Assembly: GCA_964016885.1 (NCBI GenBank)
Contig: OZ024763.1
Span: forward strand, 30,380,001-30,444,000
Origin: Eledone cirrhosa
Lineage: Eukaryota
Direction: 5' to 3'
DNA length: 64,000 nucleotides
Below, one piece after another: positions 41,398-55,702 of the stretch; position 1 is the first letter of the stretch; each line of letters starts with the position of its first letter. Under the pieces are notes generated by a model. That model saw only the letters and a program-made list of their open reading frames with translations. It did no database searches and had not been told where the DNA came from. The translations under genes were made by a program, and so were the position numbers.

Positions 41398-42030
41398 TGT
41401 CATCACCATCATCATCACCACCACCATCATCATCAGCATCTAATCATCATCACCATCATTGTCATCACCCCAACCACACAACACCAATCCACACCACCAC
41501 CACCACAAATCTTTATTACTTTGCTGCCATCCATTTTCTTTCTTTTTCCATAACCTCCAGTTTAATATTATTTTTCTTGTCACTTTTTTTTTATCATTTC
41601 CATTGTTTACACTGTTTTATTGGGAGGGGGTTACATTACCATCATCATCATCATCACCATCATCATCATCATCGTCATGCCTGTCAGAGGTCGATTATTA
41701 TTATTATTACCACCACCACCACCACAATCACCACTATCACCACCACCACCACCACTATCACCACCATCACCATCACCACCACCACCACCACCACCACAAT
41801 CACCACCATCACCACCACCACCACCACAATCACCACCACCACCACCACAATCACCACCATCACCACAACCATCATCACCACCACCACCACTACCACCACT
41901 ATCACCACCACCACCACCACCACCACAATCACCACCATCACCATCACCACCACCACCACCACCACCACCACAATCACCACCACCACCACCACCACCACCA
42001 TCATCACCATCATCACCATCATGATGATGT
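41207..42030. repeat. (CAT)n/(CAC)n triplet arrays
   Basis: Directly visible. Confidence 0.9.
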
Positions 42031-42149
42031 CTGTCAGAGGTCTAGAAAAAATATTGATTTCTTAAACATTGGCACAAAAGAAGAAAAAAAAATCGATTCT
42101 GCTCTCCTTAAGTGATTTCTAAACACTGGCATAGCCATAGTTGTGTGGT

Positions 42150-42750
42150 TAAAACCCTTTTGATACCAAAAACCCTCATTTTTATATTACACAAAGAAAA
42201 CCTTTCATCATAATTTTATATAAGAACCTTTGTTAAGTTATGTTCCAAACACCAAAAAGTTATATTACAAAACCCCTCCAAATTTTTGATTATTTTCAAA
42301 ATTTGAAAATCAGTGTTTTTCATTAGAAATGTGGTAATGAAAGGGTTAAAGGGTTTATATTTATCTAAAAACCTTCCATCATAATTTTATATAAGAACCT
42401 TTGTTAAGTTATGTTCCAAACACCAAAAAGTTATATTACAAAACCCCTCCAAATTTTTGATTATTTTCAAAATTTGAAAATCAGTGTTTTTCATTAGAAA
42501 TGTGGTAATGAAAGGGTTAAAGGGTTTATATTTATCTAAAAACCTTCCATCATAATTTTATATAAAAACCTTTGTTAAGTTATGTTCCAAACACCAGAAA
42601 GTTATATTACAAAGCCCCTCCAAATTTTTTATTATTTTCATTAGAAATATGGTCTTGAAAAGGTTAAAGTGTTTATATTTATCTAAAAAAAAATTCTATT
42701 ATAATGTTATGTAAGAACCTTTGTTAAGTTATGTTCCAAAAACCAGCTTC
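42150..42750. mobile_element. 171-bp tandem repeat of an AT-rich TTAA-MITE; inverted relatives at 58830-59910
   Basis: AAGAACCTTTGTTAAGTTATGTTCCAAACACC at ~42222 and 42393 with further copies; GAAAGGGTTAA ends; the reverse complement recurs at 59160-59910. Confidence 0.65.
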
Positions 42751-43614
42751 ACCCTTTAGTATTTAAACTGGCTGTATCCTGCCAGAGTTCTCTCACCTCT
42801 TTCTGTTCAAACCAGCTGTAACCAACCACTCATACTGATGTTTAGCTATTGTTCTCAAAACAAATAATATCAAAATCTCATAGATTCGATATTATGTGAG
42901 ATAATTATGTGAGGTAAAGTGTTTACCATGAAAATACAGTAGTAAATATAGAGATTATTTGGAGGAAGGGGGTAGTGTGAGAGTGTGTGTGTGTGTGTGT
43001 ATATATATGTGTGTGTGTGTATATATATGTGTGTGTATATATATTTGTATGTGTATATATATATATATGTGTGTGTATATATACATATATGGGTATATCT
43101 GTGTGTGTGTATATGTGTGTATATATATGTGTGTGTGTGTGTGTATATGGGTGTGTGTGTGTGTGTATATATGGGTATATGTTTGTGTGTGTGTATATAT
43201 ATATATATGGGCATATGTTTGTATATATATGTGTGGGTGTGTGTGTATATATATATTTATATATATATATATATGTGTGTGTGTGTCTGTGTATGTATAT
43301 ATATATATATATGTGTGTGTGTGTATATATAAATAAAATAATGATGACTAAAAAAAAATATATATATATATACGAGAAGATTGTGTTTTCGAAGACTTTA
43401 TTTGAAATCATGAAAGATCAACACCAATAGAGAGTGTGATGGCTGAGGTGGATGTGGACGGTGAAGTTGGTGAGGAAGGTGGATGTGGACGGTGATGAGA
43501 GACAGTAATTGTCGAGTGTTGAACAATTACTTAAAAGATTAAATAAACTCGAGCAGTAGAAATGTGAATAACTTTTACCCTCAGGGTAATATTTGTGTGT
43601 GTGTGTGTTTAAGT

Positions 43615-43664
43615 GTATATATATAAATATATATATATACATGTATATGTATATGTATATGTAT

Positions 43665-43696
<32 letters not shown>

Positions 43697-43938
43697 GTAT
43701 ATGTATATATATACACATATATATATGTATATGTATATATATATGTATATATATATATATATATATGTATATGTATATATATATGTATATGTATATATAC
43801 ATGTATATACAAATATATATATATATATGTATATATATATATGTATATGTATATATATACATATACATATATATATATATATATATACATATATATATAC
43901 ATATACATATATATATATACATATATATATACATATAC

Positions 43939-43970
<32 letters not shown>

Positions 43971-44033
43971 ATACATATATATATACATATACATATACAT
44001 ATATATATACATATATATATACATATACATATA

Positions 44034-44079
<46 letters not shown>

Positions 44080-44081
44080 CA

Positions 44082-44144
<63 letters not shown>

Positions 44145-44307
44145 GTATATATATATACATATACATATATATATATATACATATATATATATGTATATAT
44201 ATATACATATACATATATATATATATATACATATATATACATATATATATATATACATATATATATATGTATATATATATACATATACATATATATATAT
44301 ATATACA

Positions 44308-44338
<31 letters not shown>

Positions 44339-44457
44339 GTATATATATATATACATATATGTGTATATATATATACATATATATATATATACATGTATGT
44401 GTATATATATATATATATACATATATGTGTGTATATATGTATATATATATATATACA

Positions 44458-44525
<68 letters not shown>

Positions 44526-44571
44526 TGTGTATATATACACATATATGTGTATATATACACATATATGTGTA

Positions 44572-44621
<50 letters not shown>

Positions 44622-44657
44622 TGTGTATATATACACATATATGTGTATATATACACA

Positions 44658-44700
<43 letters not shown>

Positions 44701-44766
44701 TATATAATATATATATTATGATAATCTACTGTGTGTAATATTTATATTACAACACAACGGAAAATA

Positions 44767-44813
<47 letters not shown>

Positions 44814-44926
44814 CATATATGTATATATATACACATATATGTGTATATATATCATCATCATCATCATCATCATCATCACCGTTTTACGTCCGTTCTTCCA
44901 CGCTAGCATGGGTTAGACGGGTTGTC

Positions 44927-45001
<75 letters not shown>

Positions 45002-45071
45002 CATATATGTATATATACACATATATGTGTATATTTATATATATATATATATAGATATATATACATATATG

Positions 45072-45135
<64 letters not shown>

Positions 45136-45136
45136 T
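43615..45136. repeat. ~1.5-kb degenerate (TA)n microsatellite field
   Basis: Directly visible. Confidence 0.95.
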
Positions 45137-45332
45137 GTTTATCCTGGGTTCAATCGGGGGTAACTACAGTAAGTAAAGTACTCAATATATAGCAGAGTAT
45201 AAATATTTAATATAGAAATGGCTTCTACAGGACTAGAACTGTTTCATTCGGGAGAAATCATCAGAGCTTCCTGATGATTTCTCCCAAATGAAACAGTTCT
45301 AGTCCTGTAAAAGCCATTTCTATATTAAATAT
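45137..45332. mobile_element. HHR fold-back family A, copy 2 (diverged subfamily)
   Basis: GCTTC-CTGATGA-TTTCTCCCAAAT-GAAACAG-TTCTAGTC-CTGTA-AAAGC at 45266-45314 (GAAGC on the other arm). Confidence 0.8.
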
Positions 45333-45346
45333 ATATATACACGCAG

Positions 45347-45380
<34 letters not shown>

Positions 45381-45386
<6 letters not shown>

Positions 45387-45695
45387 GGATTTAAATGGAT
45401 ACAGTTCAGTTAAAAGGAATTTATTGACACGTGTTTCAATAACAGTTACATAACCTGAAAACAGCTGCTATCTACAAAGATAGTAGCTGTTTTCAGGTTA
45501 TGTAACTGTTATTGAAACACGTGTCAATAAATTCCTTTTAACTGAACTGTATCCATTTAAATCCTTCTATTTTCTCCGGATTTGAAACTACATCCGGATT
45601 TGAAACTACAACTGGAACCGTCGAGCAAACTCTACGTGAGCTGTCCATCTACTGTGTGTAATATTCATATTACAACACTACGGAAAATACTGTAT
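45381..45695 (+). mobile_element. 93-bp near-perfect fold-back with an HHR 3' half and a 3' tail
   Basis: Arms 45381-45473 / 45478-45570; GAAAC-ACGT-GTC at 45514-45525. Confidence 0.8.
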
Positions 45696-45751
45696 ATAAA
45701 TATATATATATGTGTGTGTGTGTGTAGGTATATATATATACACACATACAT

Positions 45752-45805
<54 letters not shown>

Positions 45806-46068
45806 TGAGAGACAGAGTGTATGGGGTGTATAAACAGCAAACAATACAATATAACCCTCTACAACTACACAGACTGATCAGTGGAGTGGAATTGGACAAT
45901 AATATAATTAAGAAGCTAATGTAGAAATTTAGAAAATAAACTAGAGAATGTTTGTCTTTACCTCCACCACTTCATGTGTGTGTGTATATATATATATATA
46001 TATTTATATATAGGTGTGTGTGTGTGTATATATATGTGTGTGTGTGTGTTTGTTTGCGTAGGTAGGTA

Positions 46069-46110
<42 letters not shown>

Positions 46111-46421
46111 TAAATTTTACTTCCTGTGTTTTGCTGTTTCAATTATTATATATATATATATATTCATGTATGTATGTATATATATATATGTAGGTGGGGT
46201 GTGTGGGTGGGTATGTGTATAAATAATTCTATATATTTATATATATGTGTGTGTGTGTATATGCATACATATATATGTATATAACACCTAGCAGAAAGAT
46301 TAACAAAAACAGTAATGAAAAATATGTGTGTAGATATATATACACACAAATATATATGTACATAAATATATATATTTACTCTCTTTTACCTGTTCCAACC
46401 ATCCGGCTGAGGCCATGCTGG

Positions 46422-46473
<52 letters not shown>

Positions 46474-46522
46474 CGTGTATATATATATATACACACACAC
46501 ACATATACACACACACTCACAC

Positions 46523-46932
46523 CCATCATCATTATCATCATTACTGTTTTACGTCCGTTCTTCCACGCTAGACATCCGTTCTTCCACGTTAGACAGGTTG
46601 TCCTGTAGTCGGCAGTGTCTGGTCAGCTGACCTTGTCTTGCTCATATGGGAACTGATTCTGGCTTGATTTCTACAGCTGGATGCCCTTCCTAACACCAAC
46701 CTCATTTACAGTGAGTGCTGGGTGCTTTTTTGCCGTGGCACATCCACGACCACTTTGCAGTGGAATGATAGGGACCCCAGTCCCTATCATCTCATTTCTA
46801 CAGCTGAGTAAACTGGAGCAATGTGAAATAACGTGTCTTGTCAAGGAAACAACACATCACCTGGTCCGAGAATTGAACTCACAACCTTTCGATTGCAAGC
46901 CCAATGCTCTAACCACTAAGCCATGTGCCTTC
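46523..46932 (-). mobile_element. SINE family 3 copy with a single VNTR unit (others: 47245-47620, 21348-21572, 54490-54760, 62600-62858, 62945-63210 on -; 48590-48820 and 1148-1250 on +)
   Basis: Reverse complement of the 3678-4260 architecture. Confidence 0.8.
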
Positions 46933-47668
46933 ACACCCATATATATATTTATATATAGAGACATACATACACATACACACACGTACACACACACACATGT
47001 GCGTGCATACACATACACAAACACACACACACAGTCATAAGAGAAGCTACACTGCTGTTAATTAAGGAATATATCAAATTTAATGAAGACGGAAGGCAAT
47101 GAGAACAAAGTAATAGTTGTAGGTGTGTAATTTAAGATGACCCCAACTTCCCTCTCCCCCGCTTCCCTTCCCCTATCCTCACACTCCCTCGCTCCCCTTT
47201 ACTCCTGCAAGGAACCACCTAAACCAAGAAAGTTCATCAATTCATTTCATTCCATTTTACATCCGCTTTTTCCCTGCTTGCAAGGGTGGGATGGGAACTG
47301 ATGCTGGCTTGATTTCTACAGCTGGATGCCCTTCCTAACACCAACCTCATTTACAGTGAGTGCTGGGTGCTTTTTTGCCGTGGTACCTCCACGACCACTT
47401 TGCAGTGGAATGATAGGAACCCCAGTCCCTATCATCTCATTTCTACAGCTGAGTAAACTGGAGCAATGTGAAATAAAGTGTCTTGCTCAAGGAAGCAACA
47501 CATTATCCGGTCTGAGAATTGAACTCACAACCTTTCGATTGCAAAGCCAATGCTCTAACAACTAAGCCATATGCCTCCATATTGCAAGGCCAATGCTCTA
47601 ACCACTAAGCCATATGCCTCTATATATGCCTTCCTATTACAAAATTAGTTAACTCTTAACATCCTGCC

Positions 47669-47890
47669 GATAAACTCAACCGACACAGCAGAAGTACAGT
47701 CAAACGGACCTGCTCGAAATGCATGCAGAGCGACAAAACCATTCTGCACGCTCTCGTCCAGTGTCCGTGCATTACTGACTTGTGGAGTTATGTCGAACAG
47801 CGTGTAGGACAGATTCGGCTATCAACCGAGTCCATAGTGAAGATCAACCCACCGCTTTCTTTTGTGACCAGGAAGGGGAGGTAATTTTCC
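47669..47890 (+). mobile_element. Tx1/L1-type LINE ORF2 C-terminal zinc-knuckle (zf-RVT-like) remnant
   Basis: Frame from 47669 reads DKLNRHSRSTVKRTCSKCMQSDKTILHALVQCPCITDLWSYVEQ, matching Cx2C...T..H....CP....LW; not listed in the ORF track. Confidence 0.7.
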
Positions 47891-48836
47891 TCCCAAAGTA
47901 TAACAATATATGTTTTAACACGTTTTCAAAAAAAAATACAAAAACGAAGTGTTCATATTCGCAACAACGCAGCACGCCATTTTTCATTCACATATATTTT
48001 TTCCTTTCGTTGTGTTTCGTGTGTTTTCTGTCGCCTTGCTGCTATCCTCTTTCTCTCTCCCCCTTCCCTCTCCTTCACCTCTTGCTTTCCTCCACTCCCG
48101 CTGCTGGTCACTCACTCTCAGCTGGCCCCTTCCTCACACTTTCACTCACTCACTCTCTGCTACTCCTCCTCTCTCACTTCCTCCCGTCTGACCTGCGTGA
48201 AATATTCTTTGCTCGGACGCGTCTGTTTCTTCTTCTCGTCATTTGATTTGTCGGACTTAAGCTCACAAGATTCATTGACTTGTCTCTCTTTTCCTCTCTT
48301 TACGTTGCATTACTACCATGTTGTTTGTTTCCTTTCCTCTGTTTTCTTCTGTCCCGATAACTTAATTTAGTTATCGCTCGCACTGATTTTAGGTATCTAG
48401 TCTTTAATGCGAAGAAATACCAATGATATCAGCAGGCTACTGATGAAGGACATTCCTGTTTCTCAGTCTATTTTTATTCATATGTATATACATATATATA
48501 TATTTACGTGTGTGTGTGTGTGTGTATTTAAAAAAAAACCATTCGGTCACAGATGACCATGGGATTTGTAGGCTCCCGATTGTAAGCCTGATGCTCTTAC
48601 CACTAAGCCTTCACACACACACACATGTGTAGATATATATGTCCACACTCTAAATGTAGGAAGGGCATCCAGCTGTAAGAAAGACCTGCCAGAGAGGCTT
48701 CCGTGCGAGCAAGATAGGTCTCCCGACCATTCCCACATCAAATGGAACAAAACCGTCTAACCCATGCTAGCGTGGAAGATGGACGTTAAATGATGATGAT
48801 GATGATGATGATGATGATGTTATATATGTGTGAGTC

Positions 48837-48867
<31 letters not shown>

Positions 48868-49116
48868 GTGTATATGTAGAATCAGCAGAAAATTCACGCA
48901 GAAAAACAGTTACATAAGACAACTACATCTCTCCCTCCTCAACCACCTTCTTGGCATGCAATTTCACACATTAAGGTGGCATAGCACTTGTAATGATAGT
49001 TTGCTCAACAGTAGTAGTAGTAGTAGCAGCAGCAGTAGTAGTTATGTAACAACAGCTTGTAACTAATGAGCACCAGTAATTATTTAAAGTTACTTCTAAG
49101 CGAGTTGTCTCCCCCC

Positions 49117-49177
<61 letters not shown>

Positions 49178-49383
49178 TCTAGATTCTTTTTTTTTTAGAT
49201 TCTTAATCTAAAAAAAAAAAATGAATAAATTCATTTAAAAAAATAAAAGATTTTTAAAAAAAGCCTCATTAATCTTCATTTAATTTAATTCTTTTTTGTT
49301 GTTGTTGTTCTTCTTCTTTCTGTTCTGAACTTCACCAACACTACACAAACTATCAACAAATTCTCGGTCAAATGAGGGAGGAG

Positions 49384-49423
<40 letters not shown>

Positions 49424-49563
49424 CTTTGTGATATAGGCACAAGGCCAGCAATTTGAAGGGAAGGGGGAAAGTCAATTAAATCAACCACACACACACACAT
49501 ATATATATATATAATAAAATAAAACAAGGACGAATGGTTACTCCTTCATTACGTTTATTGGTT

Positions 49564-49647
49564 GGTGATTCACGTTTCGCTATTGATAGTCTCAAGGTCC
49601 GATCCGTATTGATCTAGCCGACTCTGTAATCAATGGCTCGTCAGACC
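49564..49647 (-). ncRNA. Type-I HHR motif with long stem II
   Basis: Minus strand GGT-CTGACGA-GCCATTGAT...ATCAATAGC-GAAAC-GTGA-ATC-ACC. Confidence 0.55.
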
Positions 49648-50665
49648 TCTGTATTTTATTATACTACACTCTGTTTCGCTCTACACCTCGATATCGGCAT
49701 GAACCCAAACATCAAGTGCTCACCCGGGTGAACCTACAGTAACTCCTCCGCGTTACACTCCCTAGTTGTTATCACTCCCAGGTCTGCTCTGGCTTGGAGT
49801 AGTAGTACCCATTACGGCCCCATTTATGGGTTAAATAATTACCTTACTTGAGTGGCACCGGTAAGGTATTATCAGCCATTGAAAAGTATATCATTATCAT
49901 CATCATCATCATCACCATTTTACGTCCGTTCTTCCACGCTAGCATGGGTTAGACGGGTTGTCTATATGATAACAAGGTATCATTTAAGGTCATCCACCTA
50001 GAGGCTGTGAGTACTCTGTATTGAGGATTGCTTGACTCAACAAAAAGTTTCCTTAGTCGGGTGGCTGGTTTAAGAAAGTTCCTAGGCAGGTGGTTCTTGG
50101 CGTAATAATTGTTTCTGCTTTTGGCACAAGGCTATTACTGGTACTTTTAGTTTATCGACCCCGTAAGGATGAAAGGTAAAGTTAACCTCGACGGGATTTG
50201 AACTCAGAATGACAAGGGGACGTAACTATGCTGGAAAGCATGGTGTCCGACCCTCTACCGATACTGCCAGTAATAATTGTTTCTACTTTAGGCACAAGGC
50301 CAGCAATTATCCCAGTACATTACTGGTACTTTATTTTATCGACCCCGTAAGGATGAAAGGCAAAGTCAACCTCGGCGGGATTTGAACTCAGATCGTAAAG
50401 GGACGTAACTATGCTGGAAAGCATGGTGTCCGACCCTCTACCGATACTGCCAGAATAATAGTAAATAAATAGTATCGACTGTAATTAAAGTCGAGTGAGG
50501 TAACTTCTAACGATCAGCGACACACTGGACTAATGAAACAATTGTTAATACTTTAAATAAACCCTATTGTACAACCGACCATGTTGTTCTTCATTCTTTT
50601 ACTATATATAGAGTGCTCAACCGGCATACCGCATATGGAAGCATCTTAGCTACCATCAGACATTA

Positions 50666-50697
<32 letters not shown>

Positions 50698-50900
50698 GAA
50701 CAAGTAAGACCCCGACGGCTGAGCTCAAGCCGTTTCGACGGCTAATTCTGTACTAATTCAGTACAGAATTAGCCGTCGAAACGGCTTGAGCTCAGCCGTC
50801 GGGGTCTTACTTGTTCCTATTACCCACTCTACTACCCTAAGTATTGAGTACTTTGGTGCGTTATAGTCCACCTGGTTCCTTACCACATTTCCTTCGTTAT
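50698..50900 (+). mobile_element. HHR fold-back family B, best-preserved copy
   Basis: Perfect inverted repeat 50698-50816; GAAA-CGGCT-tgagctc-AGCCG-TC-GGGGTC at 50778-50806; tail GTATTGAGTAC; in (TA)n. Confidence 0.8.
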
Positions 50901-51616
50901 ATATATACATACATAGATATATGTGTGCAGTGTCAATGTGTGTGAACGACCAAGCATAGACGAGTTGAGAGAGAAACTGTGTATAAGAGTGATAAGCTGT
51001 AGTGTGCGGGAGAGAAGACTGCGCTGGTATGAACATGTGATACACATGGAGGATGACCACTGAGTAAAGTACCAGTAATGCACTGGGTAATTGCTGGCCT
51101 TGTGCCGAAAGTAGAAACAATTATAAATTTTATGGGGGTCTGTCTATATGTATATATGAATATATGAATGAATATATATGAATAGGTATCTCTCTCTCTC
51201 TCTCTCTCTCATTCTCTCTCACTCTGTATCTCCACCCCCCTCCCCACTCTCCCTCACACACACACTGTCTCAGGCACGCACATGTCTGTATGACCAAGCA
51301 TAGACGAGTTGAGAAAGAAACTGGGTATAAGAGGGATAGGTTGTGTTGTGCAGGAGAGAAGGCTGAGGTGGTATGGACATGTGATGCGCATGGACTTGAT
51401 GACCGCTGGGTAAAGAAGTGCCAAGAAATGCCAGTGGAAGGAAGACGCAGTAGAGGAAGACCACAAAAAACATGGGCGGAGGTGGTGAGAGCAGACCTCA
51501 GATCATCACTGAAACTCACGGAGGAGATGACGAAGGACCGTGACAAATGGAGAGGAGAGATGCCATGCTGAATAGAACCCGTCCCACTCTTGCAAGCAAG
51601 GAAAAGGGACTTTAAA

Positions 51617-51648
<32 letters not shown>

Positions 51649-52034
51649 ATATATATATTACTGCAGTAAATGGAAGGCATGAAGAAGAGTCTATGATTTA
51701 AACCAACACACCGAAATAGCCAAGCAACATCTGTAGTGAACATATCAACATACAAGAATATATCCATATGTATGATGTTGCATTATAGCATTTACATTAA
51801 ACAACCCTCTGAAGGAGGAGAGGGTAGGTGGGGACGTCTGGACATCAGCAACAACATCAATATAATAGAAGAAGAGGATGTCACTATCTCCTCTCTCTCT
51901 CCCTCTCTCTCTCCGCCACCGACCAGCACTGTGTGTGGGAAGGAAGACAGACAGATACAAAGATATTGTATAACCTTAACACCCTCAAGTAACTATATAT
52001 ATATATACACATGCACATATATATATACACACAT

Positions 52035-52077
<43 letters not shown>

Positions 52078-52213
52078 GTATATATATATATACACATATG
52101 CATACACACACGCATATATATGTATATATATATATAATATATACATATATATATATATATATACATATATACACATACACATGCATACACACACACACAT
52201 ACATATATCTATG

Positions 52214-52248
<35 letters not shown>

Positions 52249-52299
52249 TGTATATATATATATGCATACGCATACACATACACATATATGTATGCATAT

Positions 52300-52330
<31 letters not shown>

Positions 52331-52379
52331 TACTCATATATATATATATACATATATATAGATATACATATATATACAT

Positions 52380-52489
<110 letters not shown>

Positions 52490-52903
52490 ATATGCACACA
52501 TATTTAGATGTGCTGTTGAGTGAGATAACACAGCAGATATGGTATATCTGCTGTGGGAAATTTAATATATCTCTTTCTGTGTGTGTGTGAGTGAGTGTAT
52601 ATGTGTGTGTATATGTGCATGTGTGAATGTGTGTGTGTATGTGTGTGTGAATGTGTATGTGTATGTTTGTGTGTGAATGTGTGTGTGTGTATGTGTATGG
52701 TGGTTGGCCCTACATCAGTTCCAACAGCAAGTGCAATCAATAGAGCAGCCTGCTTATGAAATTAACATGCAAGTGTCTGAGCATGCCATCGTCTTTAACA
52801 TATATCTCATTGTAACTAACACTCCATATTGCAACATACTGCATCATCTGCTACATCTGCAGTCTGGGGCAACAGCCTGCGTCCTTTTGCTATATATATA
52901 TAC

Positions 52904-52982
<79 letters not shown>

Positions 52983-53201
52983 TTTAGACGATCGACTTTC
53001 GTCAAATCGGACCGAGGGAACAATGTTTCCGTTGGTCTTTCCAATTGCTAATACTATCTATCGGTCGCAACTCCAGGTAGAAGGAGCAACGTGAAAATAA
53101 AGTGTCTTGCTCAAGGACATAACGCATCGCCTGGTCCAGGAATCGAACTCACAACCTTACGATTGCGAATCCAATTCTCTAACCACTCAGCCACACGCCT
53201 T

Positions 53202-53241
<40 letters not shown>

Positions 53242-53264
53242 AAATGATGATGATGATGATGATG

Positions 53265-53311
<47 letters not shown>

Positions 53312-53949
53312 TCTGTGTGTGTGTATATATTTGGGTATTTTCTTTGCGCCATAGAGTTACAGGCCTTTATGTTTTGAGTTCAAATCTCGCTGAGGTTAGT
53401 TTTGTCATTCATCCTTAAGGGGTTGATAAAATAAAGTACCAGTAATGTACTGTGGTTGATCTAATCGGCTTTCCCCTCCTCTTCAAAATACTGACCTTGT
53501 GCCTAAACTAGAAACAATTGTTATTATTATGTATGGGGGTTAGGGCGGTGGATTGGCAGTATCGGTAGAGTGTCGGACGCCATGCTTTCCAGCATAGTTA
53601 CGTCCCTTTATGATCTGAGTTCAAATCCCGCCGAGGTTGACTTTGCCTTTCATCCTTACGGGGTCGATAAAATAAAGTACCAGTAATGCACTGGGTGATT
53701 GCTGGCCTTGTGTCTAAAGTAGAAACAATTATTATTATTATGTATGGTGGTGGATTGGCAGTATCGGTAGAGGGTCAGATGCCATGCTTTGCAGCAAAGA
53801 GTTATGGCCCTTTATGGCCTGGGTTCAAATCCGGCCAAGGTTAACTTTACCTTTCATCCTTACGGGGGTCGATAATAATAAAGTACCAGTAATGTACTGG
53901 GATAATTGCTGACCTTGTACCAAAAGTAGAAACAATTATTTTGTAAAGA

Positions 53950-54160
53950 TGTGTGGTTTTGTGGTTAGGGGGGTTTGGCTCACAATCGTAAGGTCGTGAG
54001 TTCGATTCCTTGCAGCACGTTGTGTCCTTGAACAAGACACTTTATTTCAAGTAGCTGCTCCAGTCCACTCAGCTGGAAAAAATGAGTTGTACCTGTAATT
54101 CAAAGGGCCAGCCTTGTCACGTTCTGTATCAAGCTGAATCTTCCTAAGAATTATATTAAC
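53950..54160 (+). mobile_element. tRNA-derived SINE with a different 3' tail
   Basis: GAGTTCGATTCC B-box, GTCCTTGAACAAGACACTT core, then CCAGTCCACTCAGCTG. Confidence 0.6.
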
Positions 54161-54783
54161 ATTCTGAGTTCAAATCCCGCTGAGGTTAGCTACGCCTTTC
54201 ATCCTTATGGGAGTCGATAAAATGAAGTACCAGTAATGTACTGGGTCGATTTAATTGTATAAATGTGACGTTATGTTATATAAGGCTTGCATGTTATAAG
54301 AAATCTATCCTGAGCTTAAAAATACTCATTTGAAATAGCAAGATAGCAAATATAGAGTTTAGTGGGCACTGTAGATAATAAAAGCTATGGTAGGAACACT
54401 TGTTTACAAATGGTATTTGATATATAGCCGACAATATTTGTTAGTTTACATTGTTTAATGTCATAAGAAACAGAATACTGTAATGAAATATCATCATCAT
54501 CATCATCATCATCATCGTTTAACGTCTATCTTCAACGCTAGCTTGAGTTAGACGGGACTTGTCCCACTTGAGGCAAGATTGGTCGGGTGACCGTGTCTCG
54601 TTCGTATAGGACTATCTGGCAGGTTTTCTACAGCTGGATGCCCTTCCTAACACCAACCACACCCACAGTGTGGACCGGGAGTCCACTACCATGCCACCCA
54701 CACGGCCACATCACAGTGTGGACTGAGTGTTCTTTTGTCGTGACACCTACACGACCCCATTAGTTTGAAATATATATATATGC

Positions 54784-54828
<45 letters not shown>

Positions 54829-55022
54829 GAGAGTTTGGATAACTTGCTACAAAGTTTACGGAAAAAAGATTTATACAGACATGACTGTACTCTAGGTTCA
54901 TATACACAAGGATGTAATTTTTCCAAGTTTTTGTTTAGCTCCAGAAATAAGAGATGTATTATACACAAAGAAATATGGTGATATCAATGAATGTAATTTA
55001 TTTGATTTTATATACATACATA

Positions 55023-55052
<30 letters not shown>

Positions 55053-55053
<1 letters not shown>

Positions 55054-55244
55054 GTTTTAATATAAATGAGATTCTACAGGACTAGAACTGTTTCATTCTT
55101 TAGAAATCATCAGGAATCCTGATGATTTCTAAAGAATGAAACAGTTCTAGTCCTGTAGAATCTCATCATATTAAAACTTTTATACTCTGCTATGTATTGA
55201 GTACCTTACTTACTGTGGTTACCTCCGATTCAACCCGGAATAAC
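55053..55244. mobile_element. HHR fold-back family A, copy 3; intact HHR on the minus strand at 55070-55118
   Basis: Minus strand GATTC-CTGATGA-TTTCTAAAGAAT-GAAACAG-TTCTAGTC-CTGTA-GAATC; inverted repeat 55053-55178. Confidence 0.8.
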
Positions 55245-55501
55245 GTATAAATATATATATATATATATATATTGATCGACTTTCGTCAAATCGGGCCGAG
55301 GAAACAATGTTTCCGTTGGTCTTTCCAATTGCTAATACTATCTATCAGTCGCAACTCCAGGTAGAAGGAGCAACGTGAAATAAAGTGTCTTGCTCAAGGA
55401 CATAACGCATCACCCGGTCCAGGAATCGAACTCACAACCTCAAGATTGTGAATCCAATTCTCTAACCACTCAGCCACACACCTTCACATATACATATATG
55501 T

Positions 55502-55702
55502 ATAGGAAAATGTATGATCCCTGACGGCAGAGCTCAAGCAGTTTCGACGGCTATTTCTGGTTCAGAAATAGCCGTCGAAACGGCTTGAGCTCTGCCGTCA
55601 GGGGTCATACATTTTCCTATTACCCACTCTACTACCCTAGGTATTGAGTACTCTGGTGTGCGTTATGGTCCATCTGGTTCCTTACCACAATTCCTTCATT
55701 AA
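55502..55702 (+). mobile_element. HHR fold-back family B copy
   Basis: Inverted repeat 55502-55620; GAAACGGC-ttgagctct-GCCGTC; tail GTATTGAGTAC. Confidence 0.75.
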
